DNA of 53,888 bases, from positions 215,108-268,995 of the forward strand of contig CAZFPJ010000002.1 of the NCBI GenBank assembly GCA_964521095.1. The letters run 5' to 3'. Numbering within the stretch: the first letter of the stretch is position 1; every line of letters starts with the position of its first letter. Made by a program: the position numbers and the translations under genes. The notes under the pieces were generated by a model. It was not told the DNA's origin, made no database searches, and saw only the letters and a program-made list of their open reading frames with translations. Positions 19,437 through 28,452 of the stretch are shown here, piece by piece. Origin of the DNA: an uncultured Candidatus Saccharibacteria bacterium. GTDB lineage: Bacteria > Patescibacteriota > Saccharimonadia > Saccharimonadales > 2-12-FULL-41-12.

Positions 19437-20537
19437 ATGCAACCAAATAATAATTCCAATGTGGATTCTCGAAAGCCACAACCTTTAGCTTCAAGCTCAC
19501 CGAGTACTGGGGGCAATAAAAAACTTAAGATAGCTGGTATTACAGTTGTTGCAGTAGTGTTGGTTAGTGCCGTTAGCGCTGGCGCTTATTACGGTGTTTA
19601 TCTTCCAAATACACCAAAAAATACGCTGAAAAAATCGTTTACAAATCTACTAAAACAAGAGCAAACCTCTGCCAAGGGTCATGCTAGTTTTTCAGCCAAA
19701 GACTCATTTACTGCTACTTTTGACTACGATGTAAAAGTAGATACCGTCAAAAATGCTTCGGCCACCAAGTTGGACGCATCATTTAGTGGCGTCAAATTGC
19801 CGGTAGAAGCGCGATTTGTCGATAAATCAGCTTATGTAAAAGCCGACCTTAGCACAGTCAAATCTGTAGCAACTGCAGCCATTGGCGCAGAAGCAGGGCC
19901 GTATATAGACACAATAAGCAACAAAGTCTCCAACAAGTGGATAGAATTCGACGAGAGTCTAATCAAGACCGCTACAGGTAGCGACAAGTGCTCTGCCTTA
20001 ATGAGTCAGACAAAGTTCAGCGATAAAGATATAGATGCGCTTGTAAAGCTCTATAGTGATAACGAATTTGTAGATATCAAAAACAAATCTAGCGATACAA
20101 TAGACGGTCGAAAGGCTACCAAGATGGAGCTAGATATCAATAAAGATAAAGCCAAAAACTTTGGAAAAGATCTAAATAAGATTGACTACTTCAAGAAGAT
20201 AGAAGAGTGTGGTAACAGTAGCGACAAAACTAAGTCTGGCGACAAAGAGCTTAAAAAAGCTGAAGATTTTAAGGGCTCTTATGAGCTAACTGTTTGGGTA
20301 GACAAGGGTAAAAAAGAAATAGTAAAGATTGCTGTTAAAGTTAGCGACACAGATGGCTCTGCTGACTTTGATTTGGTATTTAACCACGATAAAGTTGATA
20401 TCCAGAAGCCAGAAGGGGCTGTGCCGGCTATGCAACTATTATCGGAGTTTGCTCCACTATTGGGTGTTGGTGCTACTAGCTCGAACGCCGGTGTAAACTT
20501 TGGTAACACAGTGCCCGAAGGTATGTTGACTAACTAA
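19437..20537 (+). CDS. Membrane-anchored extracytoplasmic hypothetical protein
   Basis: 366 aa with a GGAGGG RBS and a single TM helix after a Ser/Pro-rich N-terminus. No motif recognised. Confidence 0.55.
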   Translation: MQPNNNSNVDSRKPQPLASSSPSTGGNKKLKIAGITVVAVVLVSAVSAGAYYGVYLPNTPKNTLKKSFTNLLKQEQTSAKGHASFSAKDSFTATFDYDVKVDTVKNASATKLDASFSGVKLPVEARFVDKSAYVKADLSTVKSVATAAIGAEAGPYIDTISNKVSNKWIEFDESLIKTATGSDKCSALMSQTKFSDKDIDALVKLYSDNEFVDIKNKSSDTIDGRKATKMELDINKDKAKNFGKDLNKIDYFKKIEECGNSSDKTKSGDKELKKAEDFKGSYELTVWVDKGKKEIVKIAVKVSDTDGSADFDLVFNHDKVDIQKPEGAVPAMQLLSEFAPLLGVGATSSNAGVNFGNTVPEGMLTN

Positions 20538-20542
20538 AGAAT

Positions 20543-21790
20543 ATGCTCAAACAGCTTGCCAAAAGGGTCGTAGTTGCATTGTTATGGCGTAGGGTTGAAT
20601 CTCTGTGTCGGAACAACGACATTAAAATTGTTGCGGTTGCCGGTAGTATTGGCAAAACCAGTACTAAAAGGGCCATCGCCCAGGTGCTCAGTCAGAAGTA
20701 CTCTGTTGCCTGGCAAGACGGAAACTATAACGATATCGTTAGTGTACCGTTAGTATTTTTTGGTCTAAATATGCCTTCTCTATTAAACCCGCTTGCTTGG
20801 CTAGTGGTGCTTATGAGAATGAGTTCAATGATCAGACACTATCCATACGAGGTAGTTGTGCTAGAGCTAGGTACAGATGCTCCAGGACAAATTGCAGAGT
20901 TTGGTAAGTATATAAAAGTCGATGTTGGAGTGATAACTCCAATCGCCCCAGAGCATATGGAGTTTTTTGAATCCATAAAAGCGGTAGCCAAAGAAGAACT
21001 TTCTTTACAGAAGTTTTCTAATAATATTATTGTCTATGACAAGACGCTAAGCAATTTTGCTAGTTTAGTAGAGCCTTCGGCTAAAAGTTACGGCCAGACA
21101 AAGTCCAGTACTTCATCAATAGATACTGTGTCTACCCCCATCGTCATAAAGACCGATCAACTGTCATATAGCTTTACTTCGTCGCTGTTAGGCAAGCATC
21201 AACTCGAGAATTTATCGGCCGTTTGTCTGGTTGCAGAGATGTTAAATCTAAGTCCCCAGCAGATTATCGATGGACTAGAATCTATAACGGCTATGCCTGG
21301 CAGGATGCAAAAGTTAGAGGGTATCAAAGGTTCAGTGATTATTGATGATACTTACAACTCTAGCCCCGAGGCAGTCAAGGCAGCCATCGAGTCCTTTTAT
21401 GAACTGCCTGGCACCAAAAAGATAGCAGTGCTTGGTAATATGAACGAGCTAGGCAGTACGGCCAAAGATGCTCATATCGAAGTTGGTAAGCTTTGTAGTC
21501 CAAAAAAAGTCGATCTAATCATAACGATTGGCCCAGACGCCAATGAATATGTAGCCAAGACCGCAGAAGCGCAGGGTTGTAAGGTTCTCAGATCGGACTC
21601 GCCATATGCAATCGGCAAGATTTTACTAGAAGAGGTCGCTAAAGATTCGTTAATTTTGTTAAAGGGATCTCAAAATGGTGTATTTTTGGAAGAAGCTATT
21701 AAACCAATTTTGGCTAACTCGGCAGATACAGATAAACTGGTTCGTCAAAGCAATAGCTGGCTTGCTAAGAAAAGAAAAATGTTCTCATAA
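20543..21790 (+). CDS. murF: Mur ligase family protein, MurF-like (UDP-MurNAc-tripeptide--D-Ala-D-Ala ligase)
   Basis: The P-loop is VAGSIGKTSTKRA, followed by GNYNDIVSVPL and the C-terminal-domain segment DDTYNSSPEAVKAAI. Confidence 0.7.
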   Translation: MLKQLAKRVVVALLWRRVESLCRNNDIKIVAVAGSIGKTSTKRAIAQVLSQKYSVAWQDGNYNDIVSVPLVFFGLNMPSLLNPLAWLVVLMRMSSMIRHYPYEVVVLELGTDAPGQIAEFGKYIKVDVGVITPIAPEHMEFFESIKAVAKEELSLQKFSNNIIVYDKTLSNFASLVEPSAKSYGQTKSSTSSIDTVSTPIVIKTDQLSYSFTSSLLGKHQLENLSAVCLVAEMLNLSPQQIIDGLESITAMPGRMQKLEGIKGSVIIDDTYNSSPEAVKAAIESFYELPGTKKIAVLGNMNELGSTAKDAHIEVGKLCSPKKVDLIITIGPDANEYVAKTAEAQGCKVLRSDSPYAIGKILLEEVAKDSLILLKGSQNGVFLEEAIKPILANSADTDKLVRQSNSWLAKKRKMFS

Positions 21791-21841
21791 TTTTTCGATA
21801 ATTAGATATTCAACCTGACACCTCTGTTATAATAGGTTGCA

Positions 21842-24800
21842 ATGAAACGATACAATCCTAAAGATGCAGAGCCCAAATGGCAGAAAGCCTGGGCAGACAA
21901 GAAGCTGTACACAGCTGTAGATTTTGATGAACGGCCAAAGTTTGTCATGCTTACCGAGTTTCCGTATCCGTCTGGCGATGGCTTGCATCTAGGGCATGTC
22001 CGCGAATACACGCTGGGCGATATTATTGCTCGTAGACAACGCATGGCCGGCAAGAATGTGCTTTATCCAATGGGTTACGATGCTTTTGGCTTGCCGACAG
22101 AAAACTATGCAATAAAGAATAAAATTGCTCCGCAAGTTGCAACCGATCAGAATGTAGGTAATTTCCAAAAGCAGTTCGACAGTCTTGGCTACAGCATAGA
22201 CTGGGACAGGTCGTTTAGAACCACCGACCCAAGCTACTACAAATGGACGCAGTGGTTGTTTTTGCAGTTTTATAAGGCTGGGCTAGCCTATCAAGACGAG
22301 ATTGCTATAAACTGGTGCCCAAAATGCAAGACTGGTCTTGCTAACGAAGAGGTGGTGAATGGTCGGCACGAGCGATGCGACACCTTGGTAGAAAAAAAGT
22401 TCTTAAAACAGTGGATCCTAAAGATTACCGAGTACGCAGACCGTTTAATTGAAGGCCTGCAAACAGTCGATTACCCAAGCAGAATTGCCGACCAGCAAAT
22501 AAACTGGATCGGTCGTAGTGTTGGTGCAGAAGTAGATTTTGCTATCGATCAGGATTTGTCAGACAGAGAATTTGTTTTCTTTCATGGCAAAGGCTGGACT
22601 AAACAAGGGGCATTTTGGCCGTGGCTTAAGGGTCTGGTTGAAGAAAGAGGCGGCTCTGTGCAGATTCATAGCCTACCAAATACAGATAAGCCAAATATAG
22701 ACGAGCAAGTTGATTTTATTCTAAAAAATTATACCTTTAGTGACAAAACGACAATTGTTACTCACTCGCTTGGTGGTGTAGCCGCCATGAAGTTGTTGCC
22801 GATACTCCCTACAAAAATAGACAAGCTAATTATGGTAGCACCACCTCTGCGACCAGAATTTGTAGACGGCAAAGATCGTCCAGAGCTTGAGTCTTGCTGT
22901 GACTGGCAGTTTGACTTTGATGCTGTAAAGGCAAAAGCCAACGATATTATGGTGTTGCGTGATACAAATGATCATGTTGTCCCTCAAGATCATCCAGTTC
23001 AAATCGCGAGTAGACTGGAGGCTAGATTATTTGATTCTATTGGCAGTAAGCCACATTTTGATGGAACCAAAGAGCCGGCTGTACTGGAGCAGATAGTGCC
23101 GAGTATTAAAGTTTTTACAACTCGTCCAGATACGCTTTTTGGCGCAACTTATATGGTGCTCGCCCCAGAGCATCCACTAGTTTCTAGTTTAGTCCGTCCA
23201 GACACCAAAGAGGCTGTCGAAAAGTATATACAAGAATCTGCTGGCAAGACCGAGCTCGACAGGCAAGCCGACACAAAGGAAAAAACAGGCGTATTTACCG
23301 GGTCATATGCGATCAACCCAGTGAACGGCAAGAAACTTCCAATCTGGATTTCTGACTATGTACTTATGAGCTATGGTACGGGTGCCATTATGGCAGTACC
23401 AGCCCATGACGAACGGGACTTTGCCTTTGCCAAAGAATTTGACCTACCAATTAATGAAGTTATATCACCCTTCCTACCCAACAATGGTAAAAACGCGATG
23501 CGTCCAGGAATAGAAATTCTTAAGAGAGATGTCGTTGACGCTATTATCGTAAATGAAAATGGACAGTATCTTTTGATGGTAGAGCCCGATAACACACACT
23601 TCGTTGGGGGTGGCGTTGAGCCCGAAGATACAGACGATATTGAGGCTGTTAAACGAGAGGTCGTTGAAGAAACAGGCTATACAGATATTGAGAGTGTTCG
23701 CAAAGTTAGCTCTACTCTTATTACTGAAGGGTATCGCTTCACAAAAAATAAGAACCAACGGACCGTAGGTTGTTTTTATGAAGTGGTTTTGGCTTCTGAC
23801 AAGCAAATAAAGAGCGAGATCGACGAAGGCAAACACAAGATTAAATGGGTCTCAAAAGATGAAGTAGCTGAGTTGATTACTTGGGAAGGGCATGCATATG
23901 CTTGGGGCCAGTACTTAAATAATACGACTTGCTTTAGCGGCGAGGGGGTCATGATTAACTCTGGTGAGTATGATGGCTTGCCAAGCCAGGATTCACGGGA
24001 AAAGATTGTCGCAGATCTAGAAAAAGCTGGCAAGGGCGCAGAAAAAGTAAACTATAAGTTGCGAGATTGGGTGTTCAGTCGTCAGCATTATTGGGGTGAG
24101 CCAATCCCTATAATTCACTGCGACACAGACGGAGCAGTGCCCGTTCCTGAAGATCAGTTGCCAGTAGAGCTTCCACCAGTAGACCATTACGAGCCTACCG
24201 ACAACGGTGAGAGTCCGCTTGCAGATATCCAGTCCTGGGTTAATGTGGAGTGTCCAAAATGTGGCAAGCCGGCCAAGCGCGAAACGGACACTATGCCCAA
24301 CTGGGCCGGTAGTAGCTGGTATTACTTGCGTTATTACGATGCCCACAATGATAAAATTTTTGCCGGCCCTGAAAAGTTAAAATACTGGGGCGAGGTAGAT
24401 TTTTACTTAGGTGGTATGGAGCACACAACCCTGCACCTGCTTTATTCTCGGTTCTGGCATCAATTTTTGTACGACCAAAAACTTGTACCAACACCAGAGC
24501 CCTATGCGTCAAGGCGTGGGCAAGGGATTATCCTGGCCGAAGACGGCACCAAAATGAGTAAGAGTAAGGGTAATGTAATTAATCCAAACGACATCATTGC
24601 TCAGGGCTATGGGGCAGATTCTATCCGCCTGAGCATTGCATTTTTAGCGCCGTATGACCAAACAACTCCATGGAGTAGCGAAGGAGTAGCTGGAACTTTT
24701 CGGTTTATCCAAAGGTTATGGACACTAGTACAAGAATACCTCGAGAGTGACAAGCAAAAATATGAGCCCACCGAGCTCCGTCGGATAACTCACCGTGCAA

Positions 24801-25246
24801 TCCACAAAGTCTCTGACGACCTAGAAAAGCTAAACTTTAATACAGCTATCGCCTCTCTTATGCAGGCAACCAACGAGTTGTATAAGTTAAAAGCGAGCAA
24901 AGGTTTTAGTGAGGATTGGCAGGAAAGTCTGCTTGCCTTAGCTAAACTCCTAGCTCCTTTTGCCCCTCATATTACCGAGGAAATATGGCAAGAATTAGGC
25001 CAAAAAGGCTCGATCCATATCAGCCCTTGGCCAACCCATGACGCAAAATACCTAGAAGACGATCAAATTAATATCGTGATTCAAGTTAATGGCAAGCTAA
25101 GGACTACGGTGTTGGTTGATAAAAATGCCTCAGAAAACGAGATAGTAGAGCTAGCAAAAGCAGATCCAAAGGTTGCAGAACAAATAAAAAGCGGGGTAGT
25201 AAAAACTATTTACATACCCCACCGGTTGGTTAACTTCGTAGTTTAG
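21842..25246 (+). CDS. leuS: Leucine--tRNA ligase with two inserted domains (alpha/beta serine hydrolase and Nudix-like)
   Basis: The HIGH motif is GLHLGHV, CP1 is marked by TTRPDTLFGATY and GTGAIMAVPAHDERD, and KMSKS is TKMSKSKGN. At 1134 aa it is about 330 aa longer than the bacterial LeuRS I remember. Confidence 0.97.
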   Translation: MKRYNPKDAEPKWQKAWADKKLYTAVDFDERPKFVMLTEFPYPSGDGLHLGHVREYTLGDIIARRQRMAGKNVLYPMGYDAFGLPTENYAIKNKIAPQVATDQNVGNFQKQFDSLGYSIDWDRSFRTTDPSYYKWTQWLFLQFYKAGLAYQDEIAINWCPKCKTGLANEEVVNGRHERCDTLVEKKFLKQWILKITEYADRLIEGLQTVDYPSRIADQQINWIGRSVGAEVDFAIDQDLSDREFVFFHGKGWTKQGAFWPWLKGLVEERGGSVQIHSLPNTDKPNIDEQVDFILKNYTFSDKTTIVTHSLGGVAAMKLLPILPTKIDKLIMVAPPLRPEFVDGKDRPELESCCDWQFDFDAVKAKANDIMVLRDTNDHVVPQDHPVQIASRLEARLFDSIGSKPHFDGTKEPAVLEQIVPSIKVFTTRPDTLFGATYMVLAPEHPLVSSLVRPDTKEAVEKYIQESAGKTELDRQADTKEKTGVFTGSYAINPVNGKKLPIWISDYVLMSYGTGAIMAVPAHDERDFAFAKEFDLPINEVISPFLPNNGKNAMRPGIEILKRDVVDAIIVNENGQYLLMVEPDNTHFVGGGVEPEDTDDIEAVKREVVEETGYTDIESVRKVSSTLITEGYRFTKNKNQRTVGCFYEVVLASDKQIKSEIDEGKHKIKWVSKDEVAELITWEGHAYAWGQYLNNTTCFSGEGVMINSGEYDGLPSQDSREKIVADLEKAGKGAEKVNYKLRDWVFSRQHYWGEPIPIIHCDTDGAVPVPEDQLPVELPPVDHYEPTDNGESPLADIQSWVNVECPKCGKPAKRETDTMPNWAGSSWYYLRYYDAHNDKIFAGPEKLKYWGEVDFYLGGMEHTTLHLLYSRFWHQFLYDQKLVPTPEPYASRRGQGIILAEDGTKMSKSKGNVINPNDIIAQGYGADSIRLSIAFLAPYDQTTPWSSEGVAGTFRFIQRLWTLVQEYLESDKQKYEPTELRRITHRAIHKVSDDLEKLNFNTAIASLMQATNELYKLKASKGFSEDWQESLLALAKLLAPFAPHITEEIWQELGQKGSIHISPWPTHDAKYLEDDQINIVIQVNGKLRTTVLVDKNASENEIVELAKADPKVAEQIKSGVVKTIYIPHRLVNFVV

Positions 25247-25674
25247 TTTGTCGGTTTTCTAGCAAGCGCAAAATCTTGCAGAGGCACGCAGACTTCAACT
25301 GTGTCGCCTGGGCGCAAGATTCCGTCTTGTGAGCCAGAGGTTTCTATTGTAACCGCGCTACTCGGCAAAGCATCTAGGTTGGGGAGTGTCTTATGAGAAA
25401 GATCCCATTTTGTACTTCCAGAAATAGCCTTCGGACTAGTTACGCAAGCAGTCTCTGAGATGATTTCGCTTTTTTCGTGAGGCCTTGTTGCCACAAAAGC
25501 TCCGCCTGCTATCGCTAAAACAGCCAATCCCGCTCCTACCGTGCGACGGAGCATATTATTGCTCGGGGATGGGTTTTGCTCTTGTTCGGCCATGCGAGCA
25601 TTGCGCCTAGCTTCATAGTTATTAGACTGCTCAAAATGTCGTCTTGCGACATCAAAATCTCCAAAATACTTCAT
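25243..25674 (-). CDS. Hypothetical single-pass membrane protein
   Basis: 143 aa with a central TM helix, GAGLAVLAIAGGAFVA. It is convergent with leuS and overlaps it by 4 nt. Confidence 0.5.
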   Translation of the reverse strand: MKYFGDFDVARRHFEQSNNYEARRNARMAEQEQNPSPSNNMLRRTVGAGLAVLAIAGGAFVATRPHEKSEIISETACVTSPKAISGSTKWDLSHKTLPNLDALPSSAVTIETSGSQDGILRPGDTVEVCVPLQDFALARKPTN

Positions 25675-25779
25675 AACCTATCTATTATAACATTATAATA
25701 AAAATGTGTCAATAATATTATTTTGCTCACCCTTTTTTTGCAGGGTTTAACCTTGCAAAAGGTCGTGAGAGGATTTGGC

Positions 25780-25808
25780 TTGAATTTACAGGGGTATTAG
25801 AGTATAAT
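25780..25808 (+). promoter_or_regulatory. Sigma-70-like promoter upstream of rpmF
   Basis: TTGAAT, 17 nt, TATAAT. Confidence 0.6.
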
Positions 25809-25860
25809 AGTTGGCAATCTATACTAAATCTAAATAACACAGTGGAGTGGATTAACAGAT

Positions 25861-26013
25861 ATGGGAAAACCCAAAAAACGAACTAGTCATCGCAAAACCG
25901 GTACGCGCCGAAGCCACATAGTGGTCAAGTTGGCTCGTCAGGTCAATGCTAAAAGCCCTGTAAAGGCTTATACAACGCGCCGTGAATCTGGCGCCAAGAC
26001 TCTTGCAAAATAG
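25861..26013 (+). CDS. rpmF: 50S ribosomal protein L32
   Basis: This 50-aa ORF is not in the supplied track: MGKPKKRTSHRKTGTRRSHIVVKLARQVNAKSPVKAYTTRRESGAKTLAK. It has the typical L32 N-terminus (PKKRTS..R..RR.H). A GGAG lies upstream. Confidence 0.85.
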   Translation: MGKPKKRTSHRKTGTRRSHIVVKLARQVNAKSPVKAYTTRRESGAKTLAK

Positions 26014-26064
26014 AGTGCTATAATATCTAAGAAGCAAATTCTTTAAAACGAACGCGGATTAACA

Positions 26065-26571
26065 ATGAGTGCAAACCGACATTTAGGGCGAATCGTAACT
26101 TTGCAGACGCTTTATGAGCAGTCTCTAAGAGAGAGTTGTGGCGAAGAAAATGTTGGAGTTGAATCGATTCTCAAGAGAAACATCGATCGATATAGCAAAG
26201 AGCTCGACGATGTTGCGTTTGTGAACAACCTAACAAACGGGATTGTTAAGGAGGCAGAAAAGCTTGACGCTATTTTGCAACCGATTGCCCCAGAGTGGCC
26301 ACTACAGCAGATATCTCGTATCGATCACATGATCCTTCGGGTAGGGGCTTATGAGCTTGTGCACCACAAGGACATCCCTCCCAAAGTTGTCATTAACGAG
26401 GCGGTAGAACTAGCAAAAGCTTTTGGAGGAGACAACTCCTCGAAGTTCATCAACGGAGTGCTGGCTACACTACTAAGGCAAGAATATCCAGAAGAAGCCG
26501 AGAAAAACAAGAAGTCAAAAGAGGCTAAAAAACCCAACAAATCCGAACCACAGAAGGGAACTGATAAATAA
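26065..26571 (+). CDS. nusB: Transcription antitermination factor NusB with Lys-rich C-terminal tail
   Basis: The N-terminus [15 protein letters not shown] and the helical core ending [19 protein letters not shown] fit NusB. Confidence 0.8.
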   Translation: MSANRHLGRIVTLQTLYEQSLRESCGEENVGVESILKRNIDRYSKELDDVAFVNNLTNGIVKEAEKLDAILQPIAPEWPLQQISRIDHMILRVGAYELVHHKDIPPKVVINEAVELAKAFGGDNSSKFINGVLATLLRQEYPEEAEKNKKSKEAKKPNKSEPQKGTDK

Positions 26572-26574
26572 TAT

Positions 26575-27075
26575 ATGAAACGACCAAAACCTAACTTACC
26601 CGGTTTTAAAAAGTTTATACCTAGGCGGAAGCCAGCTATTAACGAAGTCGTCCGCGAGCCAACCAGCGGTGGTATGGTTTTTCGTCGTAACAAAAAGGGC
26701 GAGGTAGAGATATTACTGATTCAAGACGCCAAAGATCGTTGGACTATCCCAAAAGGGCATATCGAAGAGGGCGAAACCGCCAAAGAGACTGCCGAGCGCG
26801 AGATTCAGGAAGAAACCGGATTACAAGAAATGAATGTGTTAAATTGGCTTGGCAAGATTAACTTTAGATATCGCAGGGCTAACAGTCTAGTCCTGATGAC
26901 TACCGAAATTTTTTTGGTACATGCTAAAGGCGACACCGATAAACTAAAACCAGAAGATTGGATGAACGGCATTAAGTGGTTTAGCGCCAACGAAGCCCTG
27001 GACAAGATAGAATATGAAGATATTGGCAAGATAATATTGCTAGGACTTAAAAAAATACGGAGCAACGGGCTCTAG
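26575..27075 (+). CDS. NUDIX hydrolase
   Basis: The Nudix box reads GHIEEGETAKETAEREIQEETGL. Confidence 0.85.
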   Translation: MKRPKPNLPGFKKFIPRRKPAINEVVREPTSGGMVFRRNKKGEVEILLIQDAKDRWTIPKGHIEEGETAKETAEREIQEETGLQEMNVLNWLGKINFRYRRANSLVLMTTEIFLVHAKGDTDKLKPEDWMNGIKWFSANEALDKIEYEDIGKIILLGLKKIRSNGL

Positions 27076-27099
27076 TAGACTGTTATAGGCGAGATTAAT

Positions 27100-27801
27100 A
27101 TGGATTTTTCTAAATACAAAAGATTTGCAGAAGATGTGCTAGGGGTGACATTTAACGACATAGAGTTGCTGGCTACTGCTTTTACGCACCGTTCTTACCT
27201 AAACGAGCACAAGAAATCTGTCAAAGAGCACAACGAGCGTCTGGAATTTCTTGGTGATGCCGTATTGGAATTGGTAGTAACAGAGTACTTATACAAGAAA
27301 TATCAAGAACCAGAAGGCATACTAACTAACTGGCGGAGTGCTTTGGTTAGGACAGAGAGTATTGGTTCTGCGGCTAATAGGTTCAATTTTGAGCCGTTAC
27401 TCCGTTTGAGTCGAGGCGAAAAGCGGGGCACAGATAGGGCTAGAGCACAGATACTTGCTAACACCTATGAAGCGGTGATTGGCGCATTGTACCTAGACCA
27501 AGGCTATGATGCAGTGCGCATTTTTATAGACAAAACTTTGTTGACTACATTGCCCCAAATATTGGAAAGTGGCTCGTGGATGGATGCTAAAAGTCATTTG
27601 CAAGAACTTGCCCAAAGCGCAGAAGGGTTTACCCCTGTTTATAAGGTTCTGGAAGAAGACGGGCCAGACCATGACAAGGTGTTTACTATAGGTGTTTTTG
27701 TGGGCGGGAAGCTGAGGGGCAAGGGCAGTGGTCCGAGCAAGCAGATCGGCCAACAGCAATCCGCCGAGCAAGCACTAGCCCACTATAAGAAAATTACTTG
27801 A
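27100..27801 (+). CDS. rnc: Ribonuclease III
   Basis: The signature is NERLEFLGDAVLELVV. A C-terminal dsRBD is present (PDHDKVFTIGVFVGGK...GSGPSKQIGQQQSAEQAL). Confidence 0.95.
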   Translation: MDFSKYKRFAEDVLGVTFNDIELLATAFTHRSYLNEHKKSVKEHNERLEFLGDAVLELVVTEYLYKKYQEPEGILTNWRSALVRTESIGSAANRFNFEPLLRLSRGEKRGTDRARAQILANTYEAVIGALYLDQGYDAVRIFIDKTLLTTLPQILESGSWMDAKSHLQELAQSAEGFTPVYKVLEEDGPDHDKVFTIGVFVGGKLRGKGSGPSKQIGQQQSAEQALAHYKKIT

Positions 27802-27809
27802 ATAACAGA

Positions 27810-27838
27810 TTGACAAGACGGCTTATAACCTGTAGAAT
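27810..27838 (+). promoter_or_regulatory. Sigma-70-like promoter upstream of rpsP
   Basis: TTGACA, 17 nt, TAGAAT. It lies about 90 nt before the rpsP start. Confidence 0.6.
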
Positions 27839-27927
27839 ATAGCCTAACCGTCAGATAGTAATCACTGTGTTTTGTAGTTGAGCATAAAATACAGAAATAA
27901 TTTTTGAAAGAGAGAAGAATTTACTAG

Positions 27928-28389
27928 ATGTTAAGTATCCGAATGCAACGCAGAGGCCGAAAGGGTCACGCAACTTACCGAATTGTAGTGCAGGATTCGC
28001 GTCAAGCGCCAACAAGTGGTAAGGTTGTGGCACATCTTGGTCACTATGACCCGCACGCCAAGACGAATAGTTTGTTAAAAGACAAAGCACAATTTTATCT
28101 TGACCATGGGGCACAACCAACCGATAGAGTTGTTGTATTGTTCAAAAATGAAGGCATTAAATTGCCTGACTGGGTGCAAACCTCGGCTAGACAGCAAAGG
28201 ACTACTCGTAACCCAGATAAGCTACGCAAGAATCGCCCAGCAGAAGAGGCTCCAGCAGTAGAGGAGCCGGCTACCGAGTCAGAAGCTCCAGAAGAAGCTC
28301 CTGCAGAAGCAACCGAAGCGGAGGCCGATGCCCCTGCTACCGATAGCGAAGCCAAAGAAGTTTCTGATTCTGAAGAAAAATCTGCCTAA
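27928..28389 (+). CDS. rpsP: 30S ribosomal protein S16 with acidic Ala/Glu/Pro-rich C-terminal extension
   Basis: The N-terminus is MLSIRMQRRGRKGHATYRIVVQDSR, and the tail reads PEEAPAVEEPATESEAPEEAPAEATEAEA. Confidence 0.9.
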   Translation: MLSIRMQRRGRKGHATYRIVVQDSRQAPTSGKVVAHLGHYDPHAKTNSLLKDKAQFYLDHGAQPTDRVVVLFKNEGIKLPDWVQTSARQQRTTRNPDKLRKNRPAEEAPAVEEPATESEAPEEAPAEATEAEADAPATDSEAKEVSDSEEKSA

Positions 28390-28452
28390 GTAAGTATTGT
28401 AAAATTCTGCTATAATAAAAAGCACAATAATTAAGTACATCCAAGGAGGAAA

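Noticed and set aside
22550-23926. The possibility that the two LeuRS insertions are inteins.
   Set aside because: There is no Cys, Ser or Thr at the N-terminal junctions. There is no C-terminal His-Asn followed by a nucleophile, and no homing-endonuclease motifs. Both segments instead read as ordinary enzyme domains.
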